64,000 nucleotides of DNA. It comes from Salpingoeca rosetta. Its lineage: Eukaryota > Protista > Choanoflagellata. The stretch is taken from the NCBI GenBank assembly GCA_033442325.1, contig JAWQFM010000024.1:48954-112953 (forward strand), read 5' to 3'. The position numbers and the translations under genes are program-made. Shown here in pieces: positions 12,064 through 27,625 of this stretch (within the stretch, counting starts at the first letter, position 1; every line of letters starts with the position of its first letter). The notes under the pieces are model-generated. The model was not told the DNA's origin. It did no database searches and worked only from the letters and a program-made list of their open reading frames with translations.

Positions 12064-12905
12064 ACGCACCGCTGATGTTATGCCGCGAATCAACCCATGA
12101 TGTGTAGTCTTGAATGTCCTTGTGAGGAAACTAGATCACCACATGCCACAAGCAGGAATTGTGAATGACAGCGATTGCGCACACAGCAAGTTGCCGTTCC
12201 TCTCAACACCTCCTTTGTCTGCCTCGTCTCTTGCACTCATGCTCTTTTGCTTGTTTTCTTACAGAGTAGATGGGATGGTTGTAGTCCTTTGGATCGAACA
12301 CCAAGCAGCTTGCGCACACCTTGATACGACCCTCAATTGGCCTGGAAAGTCGGCGGTGGTAAAGGGCAGAGGGGGCGGGGGGTGGGTGAGTAAGAGAGCA
12401 GGAATTAGCACGGCCCCCACTCTTTTTCTCATCACACACACACACACACATACGCACGCACGCATACACACACACACACACACACACACACATACGCACG
12501 CACGCACGCATACACACATACACACACACACATACGCACGCACGCATACACACCCACACACACGCATACACACACACACACCCACACACACACCCACACC
12601 CACACCCACACGCATACACACACCCACACACTTACTCTTGTTCATGCCCGGGACGGTACATGTTGGCGCTGTAGTCCTCAAAGTACACGTCATCATGTGG
12701 CAGCAGCAGCAGCGAGAACCTACACGACAGCGAAGCACGGACACATTGGCAGGCCGATCGTGAACGATGAGGCTGCTCAACTGCCACAAACACTCTGCAT
12801 CGCCTTGGCTCAGCTTCTTCTCCACATGGGTGCATGCAAGTGTGTGTGAGCCTACCGTTGTGTGCGCAAGTTGCGGTGGTCAGGCACACGGTCCAAGAAC
12901 GCCAT
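11161..12905 (-). CDS. NSMAF: Protein FAN / neutral sphingomyelinase activation-associated factor, N-terminal exons only (3' part not visible)
   Basis: Eight short GT-AG exons give MAFLDRVPDHRNLRTQR|FSLLLLPHDDVYFEDYSANMY..|PIEGRIKVCASCLVFDP..|FPHKDI..|GFKLTTKHYTKMK|EANLVRPW..|LYFAW..QTMLADI..|AGITFNMGWIEDLSEQ, matching recalled FAN N-terminus (RFSLLLLNLEEYYFE, RGSLKICSKSVIFEP). Confidence 0.8.
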
Positions 12906-13834
12906 GGTGCCTGCTTGATGCGAGAGTTGGTTGTGTCGGCTGTGGCTGTGGCGGTGGCTGTTTGTGGGGGTCGTTGATGCTCCGCTGTGTTCCTGTATTT
13001 GGCTCGAATGTTATGTAAAATACTCGTCAATTTTCAACTCAGGCGGGTGCGGAGATGGATTCACACAAGGACAATGGTGGTGCTTGACAGCACGGCGTTG
13101 TTGTCGTCGCGGCGAAGTTGCATGGAGACGGTGCGCATGGCATCTCCCTCGCTCGCTGTCAGTCTCTTTGGTCCTCTCATTCACACCCACACACAGCTTC
13201 GCGCAGAGTCGGTTGTGTTGTTTAATGTGGTTCAGATATCGCCGGTAGAAGCACACAGGAGACCATACACCACACAACAAGACTACACAGCACTCCGTCT
13301 CTGTCTCCACAGCCCAACAGAAAGGAGTGAATACAAGCGAGCGAGCGCTTGATCGAACAGCAACAACGGAATGCACAGCACAAACCATCAGCATCGCATA
13401 GAACGAGGAAGAAGAAGCAGAAGAGAAAGGGAGCGAGGGGGGGGGGCAGAAGGAGGCTAGGGAGCCGAGAAGCAGCAGCCACAAAACGCGTGGTTGCGGC
13501 GTGGTGTCAATCAGTGAGTCATTCATATCAAATGAAGCAATCAGTCAAGCAAGCAAGGCATCAATATGACAAAACAAGCGAGAACGGGTGCGCCCACTAC
13601 AAGTTAAGCTATGACTATCAAGCTATGGCACATGTCTGCATCACATCAACATGGGTCAACAACGCCTGCTGCTGGCGAACATCACATCACGGCCCAACAC
13701 GGCGTAAGTGACAAAACAACAAAACAGCAGCAGCAGGAGTGTTGGCGACAAAACAACAAACGACAGTGCCAAGCGCGTGAAAGGACTGGAAATTCAACAT
13801 TGCGCGCATGTGTGCAGCTTTATGCACGTGCACA

Positions 13835-14454
13835 TCACGGGTCCAACAGCAGTTGCTTCTGCAGGAAGGCGTGCAAGTTGTCCAGGCCAAACAAGTAGCC
13901 CTGTGGTGCGGCGAGCGCATGCGCAAAACATTTGTGAGGCACGTTGCGGGGGGGGGGGGAGTTGTGTGAGTGTTTGAGTGAGCGAGTGTGTGTGTGTGTG
14001 TGAGTAAGTGAGTGTGTGTGTATGTGTGAGAGTATGTGTGAGTGAGTGAGTGCGTGTGACACAAATCATATGGCGTATGGCAAATGAGCACTGGCGAATG
14101 TGGCAGACAAGCAAAGCTCAGGGCGATAACGAAGCACCAGCAATGCGCGGCCAAGAGTGGCGGTGGCGAACCTCATCTGGGGTGTTTGGGTTGAGCCCTT
14201 GCGGGACGGGGTCGGCGCCGTCGACGTAGCAGCTCGTGTTGGCAAAGTCGATCATGCGCAGGTCCACCATGTCCGAAAACCGCCCCAGGGACAGGTCCTC
14301 CTCGCTGCAGTGACACGAAGACGAAGTGTGAGGGGGTGCGTGTGTGTTTGGGGAGGGGACTGGCTTGGTGGTTTCTAAAAACGCTTTGTGGAACAAGTCG
14401 CATTGACGTTCACAGGTGCACGTACGCACAGGCATGCTTGCATAGGCAGAGGAA

Positions 14455-14490
<36 letters not shown>

Positions 14491-15562
14491 GCAAACACAC
14501 ACACACACACAAGCAAACACAGACACACACACACACACACACACACAAGCAAACACACACACACACACACACCTTGGCATGGCGTCGTAGACGAGGAGGA
14601 GGGAGCTTGAGTAGAAGCGGTAGTGGGTGATGGAGGCGATGGCGGCGCGCAGCTGCTGCAGGCGGTGCAGGAGAGCACGCACGAACGCACGACGGTGGCC
14701 AGCGGGCACAGCGGCGAAGAACGCAGAGATGAAGTCCTGCAATGACGATGACGATGGTGGTGATGAGGGGTGGTGGCGGTGAGGGGGAAGCAAGAAGGGC
14801 ACACATTGCAAAGAAGCAGAGACATGCGGGTGACACCAACACGCACGAAGAGTGTGCCAACAGGCAAGTCAGAACCCCCATACCCCCCCCCCCCAATAAA
14901 ACACACACACGCACGATATGCGACTCACGCCGAATGTGGTGGCTGATGCTGCGCGGCCCTCGTATTTGTCGTGGAAGGCGTATGCGCCCTCGTCGTGTCG
15001 GTACACCTTGAGCCCACACATGCGCATGCCGAGCGAGGCGGTGGTGGTCGTGTGCGCCTTGTCCTGTGCGCGCTTCACCTTCTTCTCCGACGCCGCGTCG
15101 CTGTACGTGCGCGTGCCCATCTTCAGGTCAAGCACACACGGCTTCCGGAACCTGACAAGTGCAGTTACGGAGGGAATTGGGTGAGGAACATGTGGAGATG
15201 TGTATGTGCAGTGTATGTGTAGTGCATGTGTGTGGTGCATATGTGTGTGCGTGTGTATGTGTGGTGCATATGTGTATGTGTGGTGCATGTGGGCATGCGT
15301 GTCCAAGTCTACGCAGGTGTGACGATGCGTGCAAGTGTGTGGCACGCAGCATGCGGGCAACGCACTTGCTGGTGAGGTCCTCGAGCACAATGCAGTTGTG
15401 AACGCGGTCGGGTTGTTTACTCAGCAGTCGGTTGTAGCAGTGGCGGCCCCACGGACTCAGCTCATCTGCGCAGGCAGGCAAGCGGGCGGTTGGGAGATGG
15501 TTCCGACACAGGCGGTGAGAAGCAAAAACACAAGAGAAAAACAACAAACCAAAACAACGCTG

Positions 15563-15627
<65 letters not shown>

Positions 15628-15859
15628 AACCTTCGTCATCGCCGCTGGAGGGACAGCTGCCGTTGTCGTCCTCATCCTCATCCACTTCGTGATGATGGTG
15701 ATGATGATGGTGATGATGGTGATGGTGATGGGGCTGGCTATCCTCGTGCTGGACATCGCCGTCGCAGGGCGGCAGTGGCGGGAACTGCACACGACGTGAG
15801 CCTGAGATGCATGCACGCAAAGGGGTAAAGAAGGAACACGAATGAACAAGCGTGAGGCC

Positions 15860-15894
<35 letters not shown>

Positions 15895-16599
15895 GGTCCT
15901 TGACACAGACACCCAGACGCGCGCACCCACCCACACACCTACACATCCATACCCACATCCACACCCACACCCGCACACCCACACACACACCGTGGTATGC
16001 TGGGAGAAACTGGACGAGCGGGTCCGGCCTTAAGCGCTCGTAGAAGAGAAGCTCCTTTGGCGACGCAGGCTTGCACACCAGGTTTGAGTCGCGCAGCCGC
16101 GCACATGGGCTGTGGCCGCCAACCTGAAACCAGAGCCGTCGCAGGGGTCACATGGTTGAGCGTGCGTGAGAGGAGGAGATGGTGGAGGGAGGAGACGGTG
16201 CAGGGGGGGGGGAGGAGAAGCGACGACGCATGAAGCCAGAAGCCCCCAAACACACACACGCACACGCACCTGGTGGGAGAATGGGTGTGCGAGTGAGAGC
16301 GGGGGACTGTCGCTTCGTGTGGGCAGCGATGACGTGACGTGCGCCAATCTGCCCACGGACGACCTACACGCATTGTGTGTGTGCATTGGGTGGGTGTCAG
16401 TGCGACTCGCCGCAAAGGTGCGACAAGGAGCAGCAACAGGAGCAGCAACAATAACAGCGTGTGACAGGCACCGACGAGGGGGAATCCAAAGCAGGAGGAG
16501 CAGGAGCAGGAGCAGCAGGACACAGGTCACAGATGCAGACGGACAGAAGACGTACGGGGGTGGACTCGAAGGGTGGGAGAATGGCATCACCAGCGACAT
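13835..16599 (-). CDS. Inositol polyphosphate kinase (IP6K/IPMK family), multi-exon
   Basis: Motifs HQ|VGGH, ELLFYE, CIVLEDLT, PCVLDLKMGTR (PxxxDxKxG), RFYSSSLLLVYD, RMIDFAN, DE|GYLFGLDNL. Poly-His/acidic insert at ~15630-15800. Start codon is tentative. Confidence 0.92.
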
Positions 16600-17167
16600 G
16601 CCCGTTGGTTCTGGCGAACCGCAGCGAGGGTGGGGTGCGTGTGGTCGTGGTGTTGAGGGTGTGGGGGTGGAGGCGTCCCGCGAACGATGATGGCGGCCAG
16701 TCGGGAAGAAAGAAGAAGACAGCTTCAACAAAATCAGCAGCACAACAAAAAAAGTTGTGGCGGAAGGGCGGCACGGATGCTGAGAAGACGGGCGCTCGCT
16801 CCTTGCTCGCTTCCTGCCTGTCTGCTTCTTCTTTACACGTTCGTCGGCTGTTGTTCTTCTTCTTCTCAGTTGCTTTGTGTCGCAGTGTGATGTGGTTTGT
16901 GCGCGTGGCGGGCAAGCGGCTTCTTCGGGAAATACGTGCGGGAAGGCTCACGTGCCACGCGTTGGACTTGCGTATGAGGCCGTGCTGTTGCGCTCTTTAC
17001 CTCACTTGTGGCTTGCCTGTCTTGCGGAAACAACCCCAACAAGTCCACTTTTTTGCTCTCAAGTCACAAGAAGCAACGTTAAGTGAGCAGCAAACGCGGG
17101 CAGGTGCGGTTTTTGGATGGCGCACACACTCCGTGCGACGACAAGCTTGGCTTTGGTGCGGCAAGAC

Positions 17168-17168
17168 G

Positions 17169-17220
<52 letters not shown>

Positions 17221-17221
17221 T
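17168..17221. repeat. (TGCG)n tetranucleotide tract in the divergent IP-kinase/TPI intergenic region
   Basis: About 13 perfect units. Confidence 0.9.
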
Positions 17222-17889
17222 GGTGCTTGGTGCTTGGTCTGGACTGGACTGGAATCAGAACAGAAGACACAGGCCCGAGCGAGTGTTTTGTTGGTGTGAG
17301 GTGCGGGAGGTCTGGGAGGTGCCACGGTCGAGAGGAAAAAGACGCTGCTTAAAAAAACACAAACGAACAAACGCACGATGGGTGGAAGCAACAAGCCACA
17401 GCGGCAACAGCGAAGCAAGCCAGCCACACGCACGACCGCAGAAGAAACACCCGACCCAAGCCAAGCCGCAAGAAGCAAGCAAGCAAGAAGAAAGAAAGAA
17501 ATACAGGGGCAAAACGACGACGCAACAAAGAAACAAGGCGAAGCAACAACGCACACGCACTTCCTTCCGCGCGCGTGCGTGAGCAAGATTGCGACAGGTG
17601 GCAACAACGACAGCACAAATTGTGAACCAAACGGTTTTTTTTTTCTTGCGATTTGTGGGAAATCCGTATTTGCCACCCGATGAAAGCTCGTTGGCATTTC
17701 AGACAACGCACAAAAGCAAGATCCAGCCGCAGCCAGTGTGTTGAGCAGCAAAGAGCAAAGCAAAGCAACAGCAGGTGTGTGATTGTGGCTGGTTTTGTGA
17801 AGTGGAGTGTGGAGTGCATGCTTTTCATGTCACATCCATTGCAGTGCCTCTGCTCGCTCAGGTCTCTGTGTTTGCACCAACAATTCCGC

Positions 17890-18000
17890 TCACACACAAT
17901 ACCGCTCACACACAATACACCAACACAATACACCAACACAATACACAACACAATACACCAACACAATTCAACAACACAATACACAACACACACACACACA
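17890..18000 (+). repeat. CAACACAATACAC-type minisatellite just upstream of the TPI start
   Basis: Several imperfect 11-13 bp units. Confidence 0.7.
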
Positions 18001-18026
18001 TGTTGCGATCTGTGGTGGTGAAGACC

Positions 18027-20023
<1,997 letters not shown>

Positions 20024-20859
20024 TGTCACGGCAACTCTCACCGCCCTCTCCCTCTCAACTGCCTGGGGATGTGCGCACACGCTGGCCCAAATTGGTGCCT
20101 CCCTGCGTTGGCTCTGTTCGTTTGCACACGTCACAGCTGCGTACTGCTTGCTGCCGATCTTTGTTCAAGAACATATAAAGTTTCAACACTGCACGAGCGT
20201 GTCGGTGTCGCGTCACACCATGCCATGTCACGAGTTCACTTTGACTTCTTATGTCAAGGAAATACACAACACGGACCAAACTTGCTGCATCCACACGCTT
20301 GCACATGGATGTAGGCATTCATGCATGCTTCACAACACACAAACCACGCGCGCACACACACACACACACATACTCACACACACTGGCCAGGTGAGAGAAC
20401 CGTCAAAAGGGGAGGGGGAATCGAAAAAAGAGTCAAGCGGAACACAAAGTGAAGAGAGCAGAACAAAACAGGAGAGACAGCAGGTGCTGCGTGCCATCAC
20501 TCAGCACACATACACACACACACACAAAAAAAAAACCAAAAACTCCCAATCATCATCATCACAAGAGAGAACGATACAATCGACAATCATCGCACCACCA
20601 AGGAACACGGAGCCACGGCAACAACACGGAGACAGGAGGAGCAGCGCAAAGCGCACTCGCGGTGGAATGGTCTGTGATGATACATCTAAACAATAGTCGA
20701 GGCAGCAGCAGCAAGGGACATTGCATACGGAAGCGAGAGGGAAAATGAACTAGCAACACAACCACAGGCGCAGCAGCGCAGTGCCATCGAAGTGAACACC
20801 ACTGCATCGTGGCGCGCCTTCACGCACACACGTGTGTACATGTGCGCAAGTGCGCGCGT

Positions 20860-21659
20860 TCAGTCCTTGAAGCTGAAGCGGCGAAGGTGCTGGGACGTCT
20901 CGCGCTCCAGGCGGTCGCGGGCCTTGTCGACGAAATCGTCTTCGTTGACCTCCATCGACGCCTTGAGCTTGGCCTCTTTCTCTTGGATCCGCTGCACATG
21001 TGTTGGCGCAACAGGATGGGAGGAGGGAAACGTGATGAAGTGAGTTTCACACAAAATGCACAAGTGGGACGTGCAGGCAAGCATGCATGTAGATAGACCG
21101 GCAGCGGGCATACACACATGCTTGCAGACACATGGACAAGCACAGCCACACACACACACACACAGCCACACACACACACACACACTCTTGCACACACTTG
21201 CACACACTTGCACACACACACACACACACACACACATCCTCGCACGTCAACGGCACGCCCCTCCCCTTCCCTCCCCGTCAGCCACTGCGTGTGCTGACCG
21301 CGAGCTCCTGCTGCCTGGCCTGTTCCTCCGCGGCCTTCTTCGCCTCGTACTCCTCGCGCAGTTTCCGCCGGCGCTCCTCCTGCTTCTTCGCTCGCTCGGC
21401 GCGCATCTTGTCCATCTCCTCCTGGAACTCCCCAAAGTCAGGCTGTCACGCAGCAGGCGGGTGGAGGAGGTGGAGGTGGAGGTGTGTATGTGTGCACGTG
21501 TGTGTGTACGTATGTGCAGGGTTAAGGTGTGTTGATGTTCATTGCGTGGTGGTCGAAAAGGGAGTATCAATCGTGTGATGCGAAACGTTGGGTGTGTGCG
21601 CAAGGAGAACAAGCTGACACGCACTGAGCACAGTTCAGCAGCTGAAGCCCGACTCCATG

Positions 21660-21711
<52 letters not shown>

Positions 21712-23294
21712 TGGAAGGGCATACCAAGTTGTCCGGATCGTAGTCCTCTTCCTCCTCCTCTTCCTCGTCTTCGTCATCATCATCTGCAGTTGCGTGTGCC
21801 AAATGTGGGAGGTCATCGGTGTCAGGCTGACTCCGTGCTTGCACACACATACACACACAGAATACACATAGCATACACATAGCATACACATAGCACACAT
21901 ACATACATACAAACATACATACAAACATACATACATACATACATACATACATACATGCATACATACATACATACACACACAGCCGCACACATGCTGGCCA
22001 CCTTTGATGATGTTGCCTTCTGCATCTTTGAGGAAGCCAAAATCCCTCTGGCCAAGCACAATCTGCACAGCAAATGCACGTTACGCCAGTCATGTCAGCG
22101 GCAGCAACAGATTGCAGACGCTCTCGCACACACATACATAAACACATAAACACACACACCATAAACACACACTATGGGCGACGCACCACTTCCTTATCCT
22201 CTTCGGCCTCTGCCTTCTCGCGTCTGCTCTCATAGTACAGCTTCTGCGGGTTGAGGGCTTTGTAGATCTTGCTGTGCTCGGGCCCTTTCGGCGCCTCAAA
22301 CAACTTCGTCGCCTTCTGCTCAAACACCAACAATGGCAACCACACATGGCACGGGTGAGTCGGGGAGAGCGAGGAAGGGTGTGGGAGAGGAAGTGGGCGG
22401 GTGCAGGCGTTAAGAGGGTGGGAAAGGAAGGAAACAAGTAAAATTGTCCCGGGGTGGCGAGGCATGAGGTGTTGCATGCGAATGTTCAAGTGACCAATGG
22501 CACAGGCACGCTGCCACTTCTCCTGTTCTTCACGCCCTGTCACCATTCTTGACAGCCCATCACAAGCCGTACGCCATTGACTGACCGGCTTATTGCTGCT
22601 GTCTGCTGTCGTGTCATCGTCGACGGCGGCAGCGGGCACTGTCAACCGCGACGCAATGGACTTGGGGACCTTCTTTCCTTTGTCGTCCTGGCAAGTGATG
22701 AATGAAGAAACCACGGATCAACAGCAACAACAACGCCAGATGAGGGTGTGTAAGGCATCGGGGCGGCATTGCCCGTGGTGCACATGGCATTCGCTGTCCA
22801 TCCTCCTTCGCACTCACTCACACACAGTCTCTCTCGACCTAGCTTACACACACGCACACAGACACACAGACACACAGACACACAGACACAGACAGACACA
22901 GACAGACACACACACACACTCGTGTACATACATGCTGCACACTGTTGACACTGGAACACACCTGGGGACTGCTTGGACTGCTGGATTCAGCTTCCGCAGG
23001 TTCTGCTGGGCTGGGTGTGCCGTTCTCTTTCTTGGCCGGTTTGCCGTTCGCTGTCTTGGGCTGGTTGGCATCTTCGAAGGAGATCTTCGAGATGGTCTCG
23101 GCATCTTGCTCCGAGACAGACGACTAACGCGTCAACGCCAGCAATGCGCATGCGCATATGTTCACGTGAGAGACATTGTACGGGACATCCCATCACAGGC
23201 CAAGCATACACACACACGCACACACACGTCGAACCAAGGCGAGCCGTCATTGTGCCCATACCTTCTTCTTTGCTTTTGAGCTCTTTCCTCCCAT
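20860..23294 (-). CDS. Hypothetical multi-exon protein with N-myristoylation/polybasic start, acidic tract and charged helical C-terminus
   Basis: Exon 1 (23294-23262) [11 protein letters not shown]|gtatgg splices in phase to [21 protein letters not shown]|[10 protein letters not shown]..; later exons [72 protein letters not shown].., [15 protein letters not shown]. Internal exon 3-4 junctions are uncertain. Confidence 0.7.
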
Positions 23295-23850
23295 GGTTGT
23301 TTGTGGCTAAATATGTATGGCAGAGGATGGGCTCACTGTCCATATGCCACGATGTATGTGTGTGTGCGTGCGTGTGCGTGCGTGGGTGCTACATGAGGTG
23401 GCGCTTTCATGGCTGGTGTGTGTGTGGACGACATTGGGCACCCTCCCCTCGTGTATGCAAGGCAACACATGGCAGCGCACCTTGCGAGTGTGCTGTTGTT
23501 TGCCCCCTGCTTGAAAAAAAAAAAAAACAGCTGCGGTACCAACGGCAGCAAACGCAACGATGGAAGCGTGTGGCTATAATCGATGGCGATGCAGCAGCAT
23601 GCAGCGTGTATGTGCTGTGGCGGCGTGGGCGTGGCGCGGACGCGGTGGTGCTGGATGGAGTTCGATGTTGTGACGTGGTGAGTGATGTGTGCGTGGTGGT
23701 GATGATGGGCGTGTTGTGTTGTTCTGCTTCCGCCACGAGAACACAAACAACGCGTCTGGCAACGACAATTTATCGATGATTTACATAAACATCCAAGGGG
23801 CGACACAACAGAGCTCGTGCTTCACTTTATGCTGTCGCAATCGAGTCGTG

Positions 23851-23962
<112 letters not shown>

Positions 23963-23973
23963 GTGTGTGTGTG

Positions 23974-24007
<34 letters not shown>

Positions 24008-24169
24008 GTGTGGTCGTGGGTGTAAAACACCATTGTGTGCGTCTGCACACTGCAACAAGCACACACACTGCAACACGCACACACATGCAATACGCACACA
24101 CACACACACACGCACGCTCTGCTCTCTCACACTCATCAAACCACACTGTCACCCGCAAAGCTACAACGA

Positions 24170-24594
24170 TCAGGGCCTCTTGTCCTTTGCCTCGATCACA
24201 CTCTCCTGCCCGTGCTGTTGCTCCTCCGTTTGTTCTGGTTCTTCGTGTGCTTGTGCCTGAGCACTCGCGTCGTGCGTGGTGGCCTCCGCCTTCTTCTTTG
24301 CCTGGTGCTTTGCCTTCTTCCTGCGGGGTTTGCTGCTTGCGCTGCCGGCGCCAGGCGTGCAGTCCAGCGTCTCCACAGCAAACACATCCGCGTGCTCCTC
24401 CCAGAACGCAGGCCCAATCATATCTGTGGTTCATGTGTGTGTGTGTGTGTGGTTGTGGTTGTGCGCGTGTGTGTGTACGTATGTGTGAGGGACACAGATG
24501 TGCATCACACCCAAAGGGATTGAACGGTGTTCACGTATGCGACAACAAGAGCAATAAAGCTACCCCTCCCCAGAACACGCACACACACACACAG

Positions 24595-24627
<33 letters not shown>

Positions 24628-25281
24628 CGCACACACACACACACACGCACACGCACACGCACACACACACACGTGTACATGCGCACCCTGAGCTGTGACG
24701 ACGGGCTGGCGGCGGCGGCGGGTGGAGGTGACCGTCTTTGTTGTTCCGTCTGGCATCGTGCGCTGGCCCGTCACTTCCTCCTCCATATCCGCCCACAGGA
24801 TCACGCTCCCTTTTCGAAACATGGCGGGCTCGTTGTTGTAGTTGACGCCGCACTCACTGAACATAATCTCATTCTTGTCTGCAGAAAACGTCCCCTGAGT
24901 AGGCGCGCGTGCGTGAGTGAGTGAGTGAGCGTGTGTGAGTGAGTGAGTGAGTGAGTGAGTGGGCGCGAAGAAGCTGCATGGTGATGTTACAAGTCACCAT
25001 TTGCAGCAAGCGCAACAACGCAACAATGCACGCATATGCGTCGCACCCGTAGTCTGCTCTCTGCCTCCTGCTCTGTCAGCCCTTTCTTCAGCACAAGCAA
25101 CCAGAACGCCGTGTTGTACAGGTTATTGATGTGGCCTGCATGAGACACAGAGAAAAAATTCATTGTAGGGCGACACGAACCCCGTGTGAGACCAGGGAAG
25201 GTTGACGTGAAAAGGGCAGGCATAAAGACGGTAGAAGGGGGTTAAGCACGCATCCAAGTACACACCCACACACTGGCATAC

Positions 25282-25356
<75 letters not shown>

Positions 25357-26132
25357 GCACACACACACACACGCACACACACACACACACGCACACACTG
25401 ACATACAAAACACACACCCACACACTGACATACAAAACACACACCCACACACGCACACACTGACACACAAAACACAATACACACATGCACACACAACGCG
25501 CACGCATGCTCTTCTCCCCGCCTCTCCCTTCCACAACAGCCGCCACCACCACCAGCAACAACGGACAATCTGCTTGGCGCCAGCTCAGGTAGTCCTTTAA
25601 GTTCTGCAAGGTCGGATAGCAGACGACGCGCGCATCAAAGTGGGGGCACGCCTGTAGCTCGATGGGCCGCCCTTCCTTGTCACGCATGAATCGTGACCAT
25701 CGCATCACATATGTGCTGCTGAACAGCGACACTATCGTGGACATGACCTTGCTGCAATCATCACGCGGAGGCAGGAAGGGCAGCAACAACACCGTTAGCA
25801 TGCACGCATGGCAACGTGCAAGGCAGAACAGCAACGTCCACGCAATGTGAAGCCAAACACACACACACTCACGCACACATATACACACGCACGCACACGC
25901 ACGCACACGCACGCACACCTTTTTCTTCGCTTGAACAGATTGCTCCTGCGGTCCAGCACAAACCTAATGGATGGACAACGGCAAATGAGGCAGGCGGCAG
26001 CAGCAACAACACCAGCGCACGGGCATACATACAACCAGGTACGTGTGTGTGTGTGGGTAGGTGTTGAAGCTTGCATTGGTACTGCACTGCTGTGCATGGC
26101 GTTCCCAATTCATACACACTCATAACTTCACA

Positions 26133-26216
<84 letters not shown>

Positions 26217-26678
26217 TACCACAAAACACACAGACCTGTACTCCACACAAGCACGAAGTGCAACGTACGACATCTCGTCGGATTCGCCATAAGCCAGGAC
26301 AATGTCTGGAAACGCCAGCATGCATTCCCGTGCAGCCTCGTTCATCAATTCAAGCGCTCGAGCGTCATTTGGCTTCTCAAACTCATGCAGTGCAGAGAAC
26401 CTGTATCACCCACACAGTGATTCGTCGTGAGTGGCAGGCCACCAGCAAACACACAAGCTCAGCAAACACATCCCAAAGCAGTTCCCCGTATGACCAGCCA
26501 TTGTACCACTTACCTTCCACCCGCTTCATCTCCCCTTCCCCCTCCCCCCTCCAAATCCCTGTAAACCAACCAACCTGTGGAAGCCTCTGCCGTCCAACCG
26601 CACCACCATCCACGTGTTTGGCAGCGCCGTCTCGTGATGCTCAAACAGCTTCACATATTCAAACCGGCTCTTCGCCAT
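24170..26678 (-). CDS. THG1: tRNA(His) guanylyltransferase, multi-exon
   Basis: MAKSRFEYVK, VVRLDGRGFH, FEKPND, AYGESDEMSF, FDARVVCYP, DYLSWRQADC|HINNLYNT, DKNEIMF..NYNNEPAMFRKGS. Confidence 0.97.
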
Positions 26679-26999
26679 CGTCGTTTGCGCGATAACACTT
26701 TGGCGGTCTCTGTGTGTCGTGTCGTGGGTGGATATGGAAAAGACGGACACGATGACTGGCTGGTTGGCTGGTGGGGGAGTAGAGCCGATCCAGCCAGCCA
26801 GTCGAGCAAACCAGAACGGGCGTCAAGGCATGGATACCACATCCCCCCCGCTCCAACACCGCCTCATGTCGTGTTGTGGTGTGTACATACCATAACACAC
26901 ACACACACACACACACGAGCTACGATCACAACAACATCCACATCGATGGTGCTGCAAACTGTGTGACACCAGCAGCATCAGCACCACTGCACGCACAAT

Positions 27000-27573
27000 A
27001 TGGACGCCGTGTGCAAGCTTCTGCCGGACGCCGTCTTGAAGCTGCACGTTGGCTCTGGGGAAGAAGCACAAGACGCCACCACCTTTCCTCGTATCCAACT
27101 TCATCATGGCGTCATCTCCTTCGCAGACATATCCGGTGAGTGAGTGAGTGTGTGTGCGTATATGCGTATATTTGTGCGTGTGTGTGTGTGTTTGTGCGTG
27201 TGTCTGTGCGTGTGTCTGTGTGCGTGTGCGTGTGCACTTTGTTGCTTCTGCTGCTCACATCATTGCCTCTTCGCACTTGGACTTCTTGTTCTTCGCAACC
27301 TCGAATGCCCCTAATTGTGCACGCAACACCACACCCACCACTCAACCCAGGCTTTACATCAATGTGCGAGAAAGCAGCAGCAGAAGGAAGCATAGGCGTC
27401 GACAAGCTCAGCAGAACCCTCAACTCAACTCTCGAGGGCGTCGTCCAAGGTAAGTGACACAAACACAGACAGACACACAGACACACAAAAATACATACAG
27501 ACACACACAGACAGACATGTAAACATACATACAGACACACACACACACACAGACACACACAGACACACACACA

Positions 27574-27625
<52 letters not shown>

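Noticed and set aside
12987-13830. Short ORFs between NSMAF and the IP kinase
   Set aside because: No codon bias, motifs or coherent splice structure; more likely UTR and promoter.
22844-23104. [14 protein letters not shown].. as the start of the hypothetical gene
   Set aside because: The upstream exon [11 protein letters not shown] splices in phase into a different frame that continues correctly into the next exon.
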